From IMG/VR virus record IMGVR_UViG_2974787870_000001: a DNA stretch of 31,096 bases. One strand, 5' to 3'. The translations under genes were made by a program, and so were the position numbers. This DNA is from a virus. Its lineage: Duplodnaviria; Heunggongvirae; Uroviricota; Caudoviricetes; Peduoviridae. Numbering within the stretch: position 1 is the first letter of the stretch; each line of letters opens with the position of its first letter. The notes beneath the pieces were generated by a model. That model was not told where the DNA came from. It made no database searches and worked only from the letters and a program-made list of their open reading frames with translations. Positions 1 through 9,138 of this stretch are shown one piece after another.

Positions 1-2286
1 ATGGCCGTTAAAGCCTCCGGGCGTTTTGTCCCTCCGTCAGCATTTGCCGCAGGCACCGGTAAGGCGTTTACCGGTGCTTATGCATGGAACGCGCCACGCG
101 AGGCTGTCGGGCGCGAAAGACCCCTTACACGTGACGAGATGCGTCAGGTGCAAGGTGTTTTATCCACGATTAACCGCCTGCCTTACTTTTTGCGCTCGCT
201 GTTTACTTCACGCTATGACTACATCCGGCGCAATAAAAGCCCGGTGCACGGGTTTTATTTCCTCACATCCACTTTTCAGCGTCGTTTATGGCCGCGCATT
301 GAGCGTGTGAATCAGCGCCATGAAATGAACACCGACGCGTCGTTACTGTTTCTGGCAGAGCGTGACCACTATGCGCGCCTGCCGGGAATGAATGACAAGG
401 AGCTGAAAAAGTTTGCTGCCCGTATCTCATCGCAGCTTTTCATGATGTATGAGGAACTCAGCGATGCCTGGGTGGATGCGCATGGCGAAAAAGAATCGCT
501 GTTTACGGATGAGGCGCAGGCTCACCTCTATGGTCATGTTGCTGGCGCTGCACGTGCTTTCAATATTTCCCCTCTCTACTGGAAAAAATACCGTAAAGGA
601 CAGATAACCACGAGGCAGGCATATTCTGCCATTGCCCGTCTGTTTAACGATGAGTGGTGGACTCATCAGCTTAAAGGCCAGCGTATGCGCTGGCATGAGG
701 CGTTACTGATTGCTGTCGGGGAGGTCAATAAAGACCGTTCTCCTTATGCCAGTAAACATGCCATTCGTGATGTGCGTGCGCGCCGCCAGGCAAATCTGGA
801 ATTTCTTAAATCGTGTGACCTCGAAAACAGGGAAACCGGCGAGCGCATCGACCTTATCAGTAAGGTGATGGGCAGTATTTCTAATCCTGAAATTCGCCGG
901 ATGGAGCTGATGAACACCATTGCCGGTATTGAGCGTTACGCCGCCGCAGAAGGTGATGTGGGGATGTTTATCACGCTGACCGCGCCGTCAAAGTATCACC
1001 CGACTCGTCAGGTTGGAAAAGGCGAAAGTAAAACCGTTCAGCTTAATCACGGCTGGAATGATGAGGCATTTAATCCAAAGGATGCGCAGCGTTATCTCTG
1101 CCGTATCTGGAGCCTGATGCGCACGGCATTCAAGGATAATGATTTACAGGTCTACGGTTTGCGAGTCGTCGAGCCACACCACGACGGAACGCCGCACTGG
1201 CATATGATGCTTTTTTGTAATCCACGCCAGCGTAACCAAATTATCGAAATCATGCGTCGCTATGCGCTCAAAGAGGATGGCGACGAAAGAGGAGCCGCGC
1301 GAAACCGTTTTCAGGCAAAACACCTTAACCGGGGCGGTGCTGCGGGATATATCGCGAAATACATTTCAAAAAATATCGACGGATATGCACTGGATGGTCA
1401 GCTCGATAACGATACCGGCAGACCGCTGAAAGACACTGCCGCGGCTGTTACCGCATGGGCGTCAACGTGGCGCATCCCGCAATTTAAAACGGTTGGTCTG
1501 CCGACAATGGGGGCTTACCGTGAACTACGCAAATTGCCGCGCGGCGTCAGCATTGCTGATGAGTTTGACGAGCGCGTCGAGGCTGCACGCGCCGCCGCAG
1601 ACAGTGGTGATTTTGCGCTGTATATCAGCGCGCAGGGTGGGGCAAATGTCCCGCGCGATTGTCAGACTGTCAGGGTCGCCCGTAGTCCGTCGGATGAAGT
1701 TAACGAGTACGAGGAAGAAGTCGAGAGAGTGGTCGGCATTTACGCGCCGCATCTCGGCGCGCGTCATATTCATATCACCAGAACGACGGACTGGCGCATT
1801 GTTCCGAAAGTGCCGGTCGTTGAGCCTTTGACTTTAAAAAGCGGCATCGCCGCGCCTCGGAGTCCTGTCAATAACTGTGGAAAGCTCACCGGTGGTGATA
1901 CTTCGTTACCGGCTCCCACGCCTTCTGAGCACGCCGCAGCAGTGCTTAATCTGGTTGATGACGGTGTTATCGAATGGAATGACCCGGAGGTCGTGAGGGC
2001 GCTCAGGGGCGCATTAAAACACGACCGGAGAACGCCAAACCGTCAGCAAAGAAACGGAAGCCCGTTAAAACCGCATGAAATTGCACCATCGGCCAGACTG
2101 ACCCGGTCTGAACGATTGCAAATCACCCGTATCCGCGTTGACCTTGCTCAGAACGGTATCAGGCCGCAGCGATGGGAGCTTGAGGCGCTGGTGCGTGGCG
2201 CGACCGTAAATTATGACGGGAAAAAATTCACGTATCCGGTCGCTGATGAGTGGCCGGGATTCTCAACAGTAATGGAGTGGACATGA
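1..2286 (+). CDS. A: Replication initiation protein GpA (rolling-circle HUH endonuclease)
   Basis: 761-aa ORF; HUH-type motif 'PHWHMMLF' and paired-tyrosine motif 'YIAKYISK'; N-terminus and length match my recollection of P2 GpA. Confidence 0.93.
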   Translation: MAVKASGRFVPPSAFAAGTGKAFTGAYAWNAPREAVGRERPLTRDEMRQVQGVLSTINRLPYFLRSLFTSRYDYIRRNKSPVHGFYFLTSTFQRRLWPRIERVNQRHEMNTDASLLFLAERDHYARLPGMNDKELKKFAARISSQLFMMYEELSDAWVDAHGEKESLFTDEAQAHLYGHVAGAARAFNISPLYWKKYRKGQITTRQAYSAIARLFNDEWWTHQLKGQRMRWHEALLIAVGEVNKDRSPYASKHAIRDVRARRQANLEFLKSCDLENRETGERIDLISKVMGSISNPEIRRMELMNTIAGIERYAAAEGDVGMFITLTAPSKYHPTRQVGKGESKTVQLNHGWNDEAFNPKDAQRYLCRIWSLMRTAFKDNDLQVYGLRVVEPHHDGTPHWHMMLFCNPRQRNQIIEIMRRYALKEDGDERGAARNRFQAKHLNRGGAAGYIAKYISKNIDGYALDGQLDNDTGRPLKDTAAAVTAWASTWRIPQFKTVGLPTMGAYRELRKLPRGVSIADEFDERVEAARAAADSGDFALYISAQGGANVPRDCQTVRVARSPSDEVNEYEEEVERVVGIYAPHLGARHIHITRTTDWRIVPKVPVVEPLTLKSGIAAPRSPVNNCGKLTGGDTSLPAPTPSEHAAAVLNLVDDGVIEWNDPEVVRALRGALKHDRRTPNRQQRNGSPLKPHEIAPSARLTRSERLQITRIRVDLAQNGIRPQRWELEALVRGATVNYDGKKFTYPVADEWPGFSTVMEWT
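1851..1875 (+). promoter_or_regulatory. Candidate ori nick site inside gene A (cgcgcctcggagtcctgtcaataac)
   Basis: In P2 the origin lies within the A coding sequence and is nicked by GpA; this stretch matches my recollection of the published nick-site sequence. Recalled, not computed. Confidence 0.45.
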
Positions 2287-2738
2287 TGGCAAAAATTCAC
2301 GAGGTAAAGCTGCACGCAAAATATTTTGACCTTGTGCTGGAAGGAAAGAAACGCGCAGAGTTTCGGAAAAATGACCGTAATTATGAGCGCGGGGACACGT
2401 TGATTTTGCATGAATGGGTGCAGGGTGTGTATACGGGGCGAAAGGTTGAAGCCCGGATAACAGATGTTACTGACCTGTCAGACTGGCTGGAAGATTATGT
2501 CTTGCTAAGTATTGAGCTGCTTAATACAGGCGCATATGAGATTGTGAACTGGAAAGAACTTAGTGAGCGTGGTCTGGTATTCAGAATTAATCATGAAATT
2601 ATGCATCAGCTCGGCCTTGCTGTTATGTATGCACCAGAGACGGGGATGTCTGGCGGGGCAATGGTTGCCACGGATGGAGCATGGAACTATTCAGATGAAC
2701 AGATTGAGCGTGCACAGCAAAACGGGTGGCTTGGATAA
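2283..2738 (+). CDS. Hypothetical protein, N-terminal ASCH/PUA-like (DUF3850-like) domain
   Basis: ATG at 2283 overlaps the A stop (ATGA); 151 aa; N-terminal 'KIHEVKLHAKYFDLVLEGKKRAEFRKNDRNYERGDTLILHEW' resembles small ASCH-fold proteins; C-terminal half unassigned. Confidence 0.6.
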   Translation: MMAKIHEVKLHAKYFDLVLEGKKRAEFRKNDRNYERGDTLILHEWVQGVYTGRKVEARITDVTDLSDWLEDYVLLSIELLNTGAYEIVNWKELSERGLVFRINHEIMHQLGLAVMYAPETGMSGGAMVATDGAWNYSDEQIERAQQNGWLG

Positions 2739-2944
2739 TGCACAGAATACCAGGCGAGATACCGCACCATAAAACTAAAAATATCAAGCTGATGGCTATT
2801 GTTCAGCGTTTACAGCGGATTATGGTCAACGAAAATCTGACGCCTGACGAGCTGGTCGGGTGTGCCGAAATAGTCCGGGATAATTACGGGCGGCTTAATT
2901 ATATCCGTCAGTCCAGAGTTGCTCCACCGCCACGCAGACTATAG
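2738..2944 (+). CDS. Small hypothetical protein (68 aa)
   Basis: ATG at 2738 overlaps the upstream stop (TAATG), suggesting translational coupling; no recognisable motif. Confidence 0.4.
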   Translation: MHRIPGEIPHHKTKNIKLMAIVQRLQRIMVNENLTPDELVGCAEIVRDNYGRLNYIRQSRVAPPPRRL

Positions 2945-3118
2945 AAAACGCCGTCAGTCTTGAAACTTGTTTTCAGGGCTGGCGGGGTTGAACAACGAGC
3001 ATCGCGAGGCGTTAGTGGTATTGGAACCAATGAGAAAACAAAAAACTCAACGCCTCCCCTCATGTTTGATGGTATGGTCTTGTTTTTAGGTAATGAAGCT
3101 TTATTCGGGTGACGTGCC

Positions 3119-3124
3119 TAATAT
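3119..3124 (+). promoter_or_regulatory. Candidate -10 element (TAATAT) for the AT-rich cargo gene
   Basis: Near-consensus -10 hexamer about 36 nt upstream of the 3160 start; no convincing -35. Confidence 0.25.
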
Positions 3125-3159
3125 AGCTTTCTGCATGACGTTAGAATGATGATGAGATC

Positions 3160-3762
3160 ATGTTATTAATGAATGAGAAAAAAAGACAAAAATATCTAAA
3201 GATAATGTTTGAATGTCAAAAGCGACTTGAAACACTTCATGCTTTATCATCTGGAAGGATTGATGGCATTTATTTTCAAGTGTTAATTGAAATGGAGGCG
3301 TTGCAGCTTAGGAAGCTACTAGAGCTCATTGCATTTTCATCTCTAATTTCACATGAAAAAGCATACGAGAAGGTTACAAAGAAGATTGATGGTGTATGGA
3401 AGGCGAAGAATATATTTAAAGAGTTGGAAAAGATAAACCCTAACTTTTATCCAGTACCAATATCAGGAGTAACCAAAACGGGCTGGACGAAACTAACGGG
3501 AGGTTTTTTGACGAAAAAACAGTTTATCAAGCTATATGATGAATGCTCAAAACATATTCACGTAAGGAACCCATATCGGGTTAGGGAAAACTCGCTGGGG
3601 TTTCATAAAAAAGTTCCAGAGTATTTATCAAGAATTGAAACTCTACTGTTAAAGCACATTGTTTCTCTTGCCGGGAATGAAGAACTTCTTCTTGTAGATG
3701 TGCCTCATTATGAAGACTCTGTAACAGCTATAAAAATGAGCCACCTCGTTAAAATGGGGTGA
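3160..3762 (+). CDS. AT-rich cargo ORF of unknown function (200 aa) in the tin/old slot; candidate defence or exclusion protein
   Basis: Uninterrupted 200-aa ORF; visibly far more AT-rich than the flanking phage genes; sits between A and cos where P2 carries tin and old; followed by its own hairpin. Confidence 0.65.
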   Translation: MLLMNEKKRQKYLKIMFECQKRLETLHALSSGRIDGIYFQVLIEMEALQLRKLLELIAFSSLISHEKAYEKVTKKIDGVWKAKNIFKELEKINPNFYPVPISGVTKTGWTKLTGGFLTKKQFIKLYDECSKHIHVRNPYRVRENSLGFHKKVPEYLSRIETLLLKHIVSLAGNEELLLVDVPHYEDSVTAIKMSHLVKMG

Positions 3763-3798
3763 AAAATAAGCAATAAATAGTCGATTCTAGTGAACGGT

Positions 3799-3822
3799 CG
3801 GCTATTTTTAGCCGGATTTTTA
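3799..3822 (+). terminator. Weak intrinsic terminator after the 200-aa cargo ORF
   Basis: CGGCT-ATTTTT-AGCCG hairpin followed by a T-rich tract (GATTTTTAT). Confidence 0.4.
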
Positions 3823-3980
3823 TACTGTTTCCCCTTAATTACAGTCGTTTCTATTCATGCATGTGCTATTGCATCGAATTGCATGCGTTTTCATCCCCTG
3901 TTGCTTATGAGCGTTGTCAGTGCTGGCGCATTCTCGGTATGTTCATGCAACTGCATTAAAATCGCCCCATGAAGCGGGCG

Positions 3981-3999
3981 GGCGAGGCGGGGAAAGCAC
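3981..3999. other. cos: cos site core (19-nt cohesive-end sequence GGCGAGGCGGGGAAAGCAC)
   Basis: Sequence read directly; matches my recollection of the P2/186 19-nt cohesive end; lies in a GC-rich noncoding stretch next to the 3' end of Q, as in P2. Confidence 0.75.
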
Positions 4000-4141
4000 T
4001 GCGCGCTGGCGGTGGTGCTGATTTTATTTTTTCAGCGTCTCAGCGCGTCGTAATGGCGTTTAGATTGTGCGCCGGGGCGCTGGTGTGTCTGCGGGCTGTT
4101 TTGTGCGGTGGTGAGTGTGTGAGGGCGTGATGACGGGGTGT

Positions 4142-4163
4142 AAAAAAGCCGCCCGCAGGCGGC
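4142..4163 (-). terminator. Intrinsic terminator downstream of Q
   Basis: On the minus strand: GCCGCC-TGCG-GGCGGC hairpin followed by TTTTTT, just past the Q stop. Confidence 0.6.
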
Positions 4164-4168
4164 GATGT

Positions 4169-5203
4169 TCAGCCGTTGTCTGTGTCCAGTGAGTAGTTTT
4201 TAAAGCGGATGACCTCCTGACCGAGCCAGCCGTTTATTTCCCGAATCCTGTCCTGTAACGGGATAAGCTCATTGCGGACAAAGACCTTTGCCACTTTCTC
4301 AATATCACCCAGCGACCCGACGTTCTCCGGCTTGCCTCCCATCAACTGAAAGGGGATGCGGTGCGCGTCCAGCAGGTCAGCGGCGCTGGCTTTTTTGATA
4401 TTAAAAAAATCGTCCTTCGTTGCCACTTCACTGAGCGGGATAATTTTAATGCCGTCAGCTTTCCCCTGCGGGGCATAGAGAAACAGATTTTTAAAGTTGT
4501 TGCGGCCTTTCGATTTAACCATGTTTTCGCGAAGCATTTCGATATCGTTGCGATCCTGCACGGCATCGGTAACGTACATGATGTATCCGGCATGCGCGCC
4601 GTTTTCGTAATACTTGCGGCGGAACAGCGTGGCTGACTCATTCAGCCAGGCAGAGTTAAGGGCGCTGAGATATTCCGGCAGGCCGTACAGCTCCTGATTA
4701 ATATCCGGCTCCAGCAGGTGAAACACGGAGCCGGGCGCGAAGGCTGTCGGCTCGTTGAAGGACGGCACCCACCAGTAAACATCCTCTTCCACGCCACGGC
4801 GGGTATATTTTGCCGGTGAGGTTTCCAGTCTGATGACCTTACCGGTGGTGCTGTATCGCTTTTCCAGAAACGCATTACCGAACACCAGAAAATCCAGCAC
4901 AAAGCGGCTGAAATCCTGCTGGGAAAGCCACGGGTGCGGGATAAACGTTGAAGCCAGAATATTACGTTTGACGTAAATCGGTGAGCTGTGATGCACGGCA
5001 GCACGCAGGCTTTTTGCCAGACCGGTAAAGCTGACCGGTGGCTCATACCATCTGCCGTTACTGATGCACTCAACGTAATCCAGAATGTCACGGCGGTCGA
5101 GTACCGGCACCGGCTCGCCAAAGGTGAATGCTTCCATTTTCGGGGCGCTGGCGGTGATTGTTTTTGCCGCAGGTCGCGGTGTTTTCCCTTTTTTCTTGCT
5201 CAT
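4169..5203 (-). CDS. Q: Portal (capsid vertex) protein GpQ
   Basis: 344-aa ORF; position next to cos and overlap (ATGA) with the terminase gene; length matches P2 Q. Confidence 0.9.
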   Translation of the reverse strand: MSKKKGKTPRPAAKTITASAPKMEAFTFGEPVPVLDRRDILDYVECISNGRWYEPPVSFTGLAKSLRAAVHHSSPIYVKRNILASTFIPHPWLSQQDFSRFVLDFLVFGNAFLEKRYSTTGKVIRLETSPAKYTRRGVEEDVYWWVPSFNEPTAFAPGSVFHLLEPDINQELYGLPEYLSALNSAWLNESATLFRRKYYENGAHAGYIMYVTDAVQDRNDIEMLRENMVKSKGRNNFKNLFLYAPQGKADGIKIIPLSEVATKDDFFNIKKASAADLLDAHRIPFQLMGGKPENVGSLGDIEKVAKVFVRNELIPLQDRIREINGWLGQEVIRFKNYSLDTDNG

Positions 5204-6975
5204 CAGTAAAACTCCAGAATGGTGGATGTCAGCGGGGTGCTGATACCGGCGGTGAGTGGCTCATTTAACAGGGCGTGCATGGTCGCCCAGGCGAGGTCGG
5301 CGTGGCTGGCTTCCTCGCTGCGGCTGGCCTCATAGGTGGCGCTGCGTCCGCTGCTGGTCATGGTCTTGCGGATAGCCATAAACGAGCTGGTGATGTCGGT
5401 GGCGCTGACGTCATATTCCAGACAGCCACGGCGGATAACGTCTTTTGCCTTGAGCACCATTGCGGTTTTCATTTCCGGTGTGTAGCGGATATCGCGCGCG
5501 GCGGGATAGAACGAGCGCACGAGCTGGAACACGCCGACACCGAGGCCGGTGGCATCAATACCGATGTATTCGACGTTGTATTTTTCGGTGAGTTTGCGGA
5601 TGGATTCCGCCTGAGTGGCAAAGTCCATGCCTTTCCACTGGTGACGCTCAAGTATTCTGAATTTGCCACCGGCCACCACCGGCGGTGCCAGCACCACGCA
5701 TCCGGCGCTGTCGCCACGGTGTGACGGGTCGTAACCAATCCATACCGGGCGGGAGCCGAACGGATTGGCGGCAAACGGCGCATAGTCTTCCCATTCTTCC
5801 AGCGTGTCGACCATGCAGCGTTGCAGCTCCTCGAACGGGAACACCGACGCCTTGTCGTCCACAAATTCACACATGAACAGGTTTTTAAAATCGTCGGCGC
5901 TGTTTTCACGTTTGAGCTGCTCAATGTCGAACAGCGTGCAGCCGCCTTTCAGGGCATCCTCAATGGTGACAATCTGCCGCCACTGGCCGTCCGCACAGAG
6001 AAGCCCACCGGCAAGGGCGTTATGACTGACGTCGATTTCCACGCGTTCAGCGGCGCTGGCGCGTCCCCGGTTAAACAGTTCACCCGACCAGAACGGGTAG
6101 GCGTCGTGCGCCAGCGTGGACGGGGTGGAGAAATAGGTCGAGCGCAGGTGACTCTGTGAGGCCATACCTGATGCCACCTTACGCAGTACCTGAAAATTCG
6201 GGATCCAGAAAATCTCATCGACGTACAGGTCGCCGTTATGGCTCTGTGCGGTGTTGGAGTTGGTGCCGAGAAAAATCAGTTTTGCACCGTTATTGCCCAG
6301 GACAATCGGGTCACCGGTCAGGTCAACGTCAACCAGCCGGGCAAAGGCGATGATGTATTCGCGGAACACATACGCCTGCGTTTTACTGGCCGACAGAAAA
6401 ATCTGGTTATGACCGGTTTTCAGGGCGCGCAGCAGCGCCTCGCGGGAAAAATAAAACGTCGCGCCAATCTGGCGGGATTTCAGGATATCGCGGATGCGGT
6501 GCTCAAGCCCGGCGCGATACCAGTGCAACTGATAGTCGAAAGACTGCTCAAAGAAAATCTGCTCCAGCTTTTCGATGGCCTCGTCACTGAAAAAATTCTT
6601 TTTCGGTTTGCGCCGTCCGCCTTTGTTACGGTTAGCGACGTTCGGATTAAGGTCTGCCTCGTTGCCGGTCTGGCTGTAGCGGTTGACCCGTGCCAGTCGT
6701 TCAATCTGGCGTCCCAGCAGGTCAATTTCCTTGAAGTCACCGCCGGTTTTCTGTGGTTTGATGATGAGCTGGGTCAGCCGCGCTTCCAGACTCATTTCGA
6801 CACGGCTGATGGGGGCAACGCTGTCCCAGCCGTCGCGCTGTTTCCAGCTCTGCACTGTCGGGCGTTTCATCTGCAACATGGCGGCAATCTGCGGCACGGA
6901 AAACCCCTGCCAGTACAGCAGCGCCGCCTGACGACGCGGGTCGTGTAAAAGAGTGGTGTCTGTGGTGATGGTCAT
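5203..6975 (-). CDS. P: Terminase large (ATPase) subunit GpP
   Basis: Long minus-strand ORF; start taken at the internal Met 'MTITTDTTLLHDP' (590 aa) rather than the ORF-track start at 7005; divergent from O as in P2. Confidence 0.88.
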   Translation of the reverse strand: MTITTDTTLLHDPRRQAALLYWQGFSVPQIAAMLQMKRPTVQSWKQRDGWDSVAPISRVEMSLEARLTQLIIKPQKTGGDFKEIDLLGRQIERLARVNRYSQTGNEADLNPNVANRNKGGRRKPKKNFFSDEAIEKLEQIFFEQSFDYQLHWYRAGLEHRIRDILKSRQIGATFYFSREALLRALKTGHNQIFLSASKTQAYVFREYIIAFARLVDVDLTGDPIVLGNNGAKLIFLGTNSNTAQSHNGDLYVDEIFWIPNFQVLRKVASGMASQSHLRSTYFSTPSTLAHDAYPFWSGELFNRGRASAAERVEIDVSHNALAGGLLCADGQWRQIVTIEDALKGGCTLFDIEQLKRENSADDFKNLFMCEFVDDKASVFPFEELQRCMVDTLEEWEDYAPFAANPFGSRPVWIGYDPSHRGDSAGCVVLAPPVVAGGKFRILERHQWKGMDFATQAESIRKLTEKYNVEYIGIDATGLGVGVFQLVRSFYPAARDIRYTPEMKTAMVLKAKDVIRRGCLEYDVSATDITSSFMAIRKTMTSSGRSATYEASRSEEASHADLAWATMHALLNEPLTAGISTPLTSTILEFY

Positions 6976-7063
6976 GAATACCTCGCCGTGATGAATACAC
7001 GGCAAGGCTACTGAGTCGCGCCCCGCGATTCGCTAAGGTGCTGTTGTGTCAGTGATAAGCCAT

Positions 7064-7081
7064 CCGGGACTGATGGCGGAG
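7064..7081. promoter_or_regulatory. Candidate Ogr-dependent late promoter element (TGT-N12-CCA) in the divergent P/O region
   Basis: Partial dyad resembling the TGT-N12-ACA element of P2 late promoters, about 77 nt upstream of the O start. Confidence 0.3.
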
Positions 7082-7148
7082 GATGCGCATCGTCGGGAAA
7101 CTGATGCCGACATGTGACTCCTCTAATCACTATTCAGGACTCCTGACA

Positions 7149-8003
7149 ATGGCAAAAAAAGTCTCAAAATTCTTTCGTATCGGCGTTGAGGGTGACACCT
7201 GTGACGGGCGTGTCATCAGTGCGCAGGATATTCAGGAAATGGCCGAAACCTTTGACCCGCGAGTCTATGGTTGCCGCATTAACCTGGAACATCTGCGCGG
7301 CATCCTGCCTGACGGTATTTTTAAGCGTTATGGCGATGTGGCCGAACTGAAGGCCGAAAAGATTGACGACGATTCGGCGCTGAAAGGCAAATGGGCGCTG
7401 TTTGCGAAAATCACCCCGACCGATGACCTTATCGCGATGAACAAGGCCGCGCAGAAGGTCTATACCTCAATGGAAATTCAGCCGAACTTTGCCAACACCG
7501 GCAAATGTTATCTGGTGGGGCTGGCCGTCACCGATGACCCGGCAAGCCTCGGCACGGAATACCTGGAATTCTGCCGCACGGCAAAACATAACCCCCTGAA
7601 CCGCTTCAAATTAAGCCCTGAAAACCTGATTTCAGTGGCAACGCCTGTTGAGCTGGAGTTTGAAGACCTGCCTGAAACCGTGTTCACCGCCCTGACCGAA
7701 AAGGTGAAATCCATTTTTGGCCGCAAACAGGCCAGCGATGACGCCCGTCTGAATGACGTGCATGAAGCGGTGACCGCTGTTGCTGAACATGTGCAGGAAA
7801 AACTGAGTGCCACTGAGCAGCGCCTCGCTGAGATGGAAACCGCCTTTTCCGCACTTAAGCAGGAGGTGACTGACAGGGCGGATGAAACCAGCCAGGCATT
7901 CACCCGCCTGAAAAACAGTCTCGACCACACCGAAAGTCTGACCCAGCAGCGCCGCAGCAAGGCCACCGGTGGTGGCGGTGACGCCCTGATGACGAACTGC
8001 TGA
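7149..8003 (+). CDS. O: Capsid scaffolding protein GpO
   Basis: Start at 'MAKKVSKFFRIG', as I recall for P2 O; 284 aa; sits between P and N. Confidence 0.9.
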   Translation: MAKKVSKFFRIGVEGDTCDGRVISAQDIQEMAETFDPRVYGCRINLEHLRGILPDGIFKRYGDVAELKAEKIDDDSALKGKWALFAKITPTDDLIAMNKAAQKVYTSMEIQPNFANTGKCYLVGLAVTDDPASLGTEYLEFCRTAKHNPLNRFKLSPENLISVATPVELEFEDLPETVFTALTEKVKSIFGRKQASDDARLNDVHEAVTAVAEHVQEKLSATEQRLAEMETAFSALKQEVTDRADETSQAFTRLKNSLDHTESLTQQRRSKATGGGGDALMTNC

Positions 8004-8061
8004 CCGGCGTCAGCCAGTCCGGGAAAACCTTCACGATTAACCCTTAATTTCAGGAAAAACT

Positions 8062-9135
8062 ATGCGCCAGGAAACCCGCTTTAAATTTAATGCCTACCTG
8101 TCCCGTGTTGCCGAACTGAACGGCATTGACGCCGGTGATGTGTCGAAAAAATTCACCGTTGAACCTTCGGTCACCCAGACCCTGATGAACACCATGCAGG
8201 AGTCCTCTGACTTTCTGACCCGCATCAACATTGTGCCGGTCAGCGAAATGAAAGGGGAAAAAATTGGTATCGGTGTCACCGGCTCCATCGCCAGCACCAC
8301 CGACACTGCCGGTGGCACCGAGCGTCAGCCGAAGGACTTCTCGAAGCTGGCGTCAAACAAGTACGAATGCGACCAGATTAACTTCGATTTTTATATCCGC
8401 TACAAAACGCTTGACCTGTGGGCGCGTTATCAGGATTTCCAGCTCCGTGTCCGTAACGCCATTATCAAACGTCAGTCCCTTGATTTCATCATGGCCGGTT
8501 TTAACGGCGTGAAGCGTGCCGAAACCTCTGACCGCAGCAGCAATCCGATGCTGCAGGATGTGGCGGTCGGCTGGCTGCAGAAATACCGCAATGAAGCCCC
8601 GGCGCGCGTGATGAGCAAGGTCACTGACGAGGAAGGTCACACCACCTCTGAGGTCATCCGCGTGGGTAAGGGCGGTGATTATGTAAGCCTCGATGCACTG
8701 GTGATGGATGCGACCAACAACCTGATTGAGCCGTGGTATCAGGAAGACCCTGACCTTGTGGTGATTGTGGGGCGTCAGCTACTGGCGGACAAGTATTTCC
8801 CCATCGTCAACAGGGAGCAGGACAACAGCGAGATGCTGGCCGCTGACGTCATCATCAGCCAGAAACGCATCGGTAACCTGCCGGCGGTACGTGTCCCGTA
8901 CTTCCCGGCGGATGCGATGCTCATCACGAAGCTGGAAAACCTGTCCATCTACTACATGGATGACAGCCATCGCCGCGTGATTGTGGAAAACCCGAAACTC
9001 GACCGCGTGGAGAACTACGAGTCAATGAACATTGATTACGTGGTGGAAGACTACGCCGCCGGTTGTCTGGTGGAAAAAATCAAGGTCGGTGATTTCTCCA
9101 CACCGGCTAAAGCGACCGCAGAGCCGGGAGCGTAA
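8062..9135 (+). CDS. N: Major capsid protein GpN
   Basis: 357-aa ORF recognised as P2 N-type major capsid protein; synteny. Confidence 0.92.
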   Translation: MRQETRFKFNAYLSRVAELNGIDAGDVSKKFTVEPSVTQTLMNTMQESSDFLTRINIVPVSEMKGEKIGIGVTGSIASTTDTAGGTERQPKDFSKLASNKYECDQINFDFYIRYKTLDLWARYQDFQLRVRNAIIKRQSLDFIMAGFNGVKRAETSDRSSNPMLQDVAVGWLQKYRNEAPARVMSKVTDEEGHTTSEVIRVGKGGDYVSLDALVMDATNNLIEPWYQEDPDLVVIVGRQLLADKYFPIVNREQDNSEMLAADVIISQKRIGNLPAVRVPYFPADAMLITKLENLSIYYMDDSHRRVIVENPKLDRVENYESMNIDYVVEDYAAGCLVEKIKVGDFSTPAKATAEPGA

Positions 9136-9138
9136 CCG

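Noticed and set aside
2945-3762. Possibility that the structured noncoding region plus downstream ORF is a retron (ncRNA plus reverse transcriptase), as seen in some P2-like cargo slots
   Set aside because: The ORF is only 200 aa and shows no reverse-transcriptase motifs (no YxDD box), so the retron reading is not supported.
3790-3972. 60-aa ORF between the cargo gene and cos
   Set aside because: Lies in the noncoding cos-flanking region, Cys-rich and low-complexity, no ribosome-binding site; more likely packaging-site DNA.
5275-6948. Several 60-240-aa ORFs on the plus strand inside the terminase gene (for example 5275..5724, 5821..6159, 6238..6948)
   Set aside because: They lie antisense to a well-supported long gene in GC-rich DNA where spurious ORFs are common; no ribosome-binding sites or independent signals.
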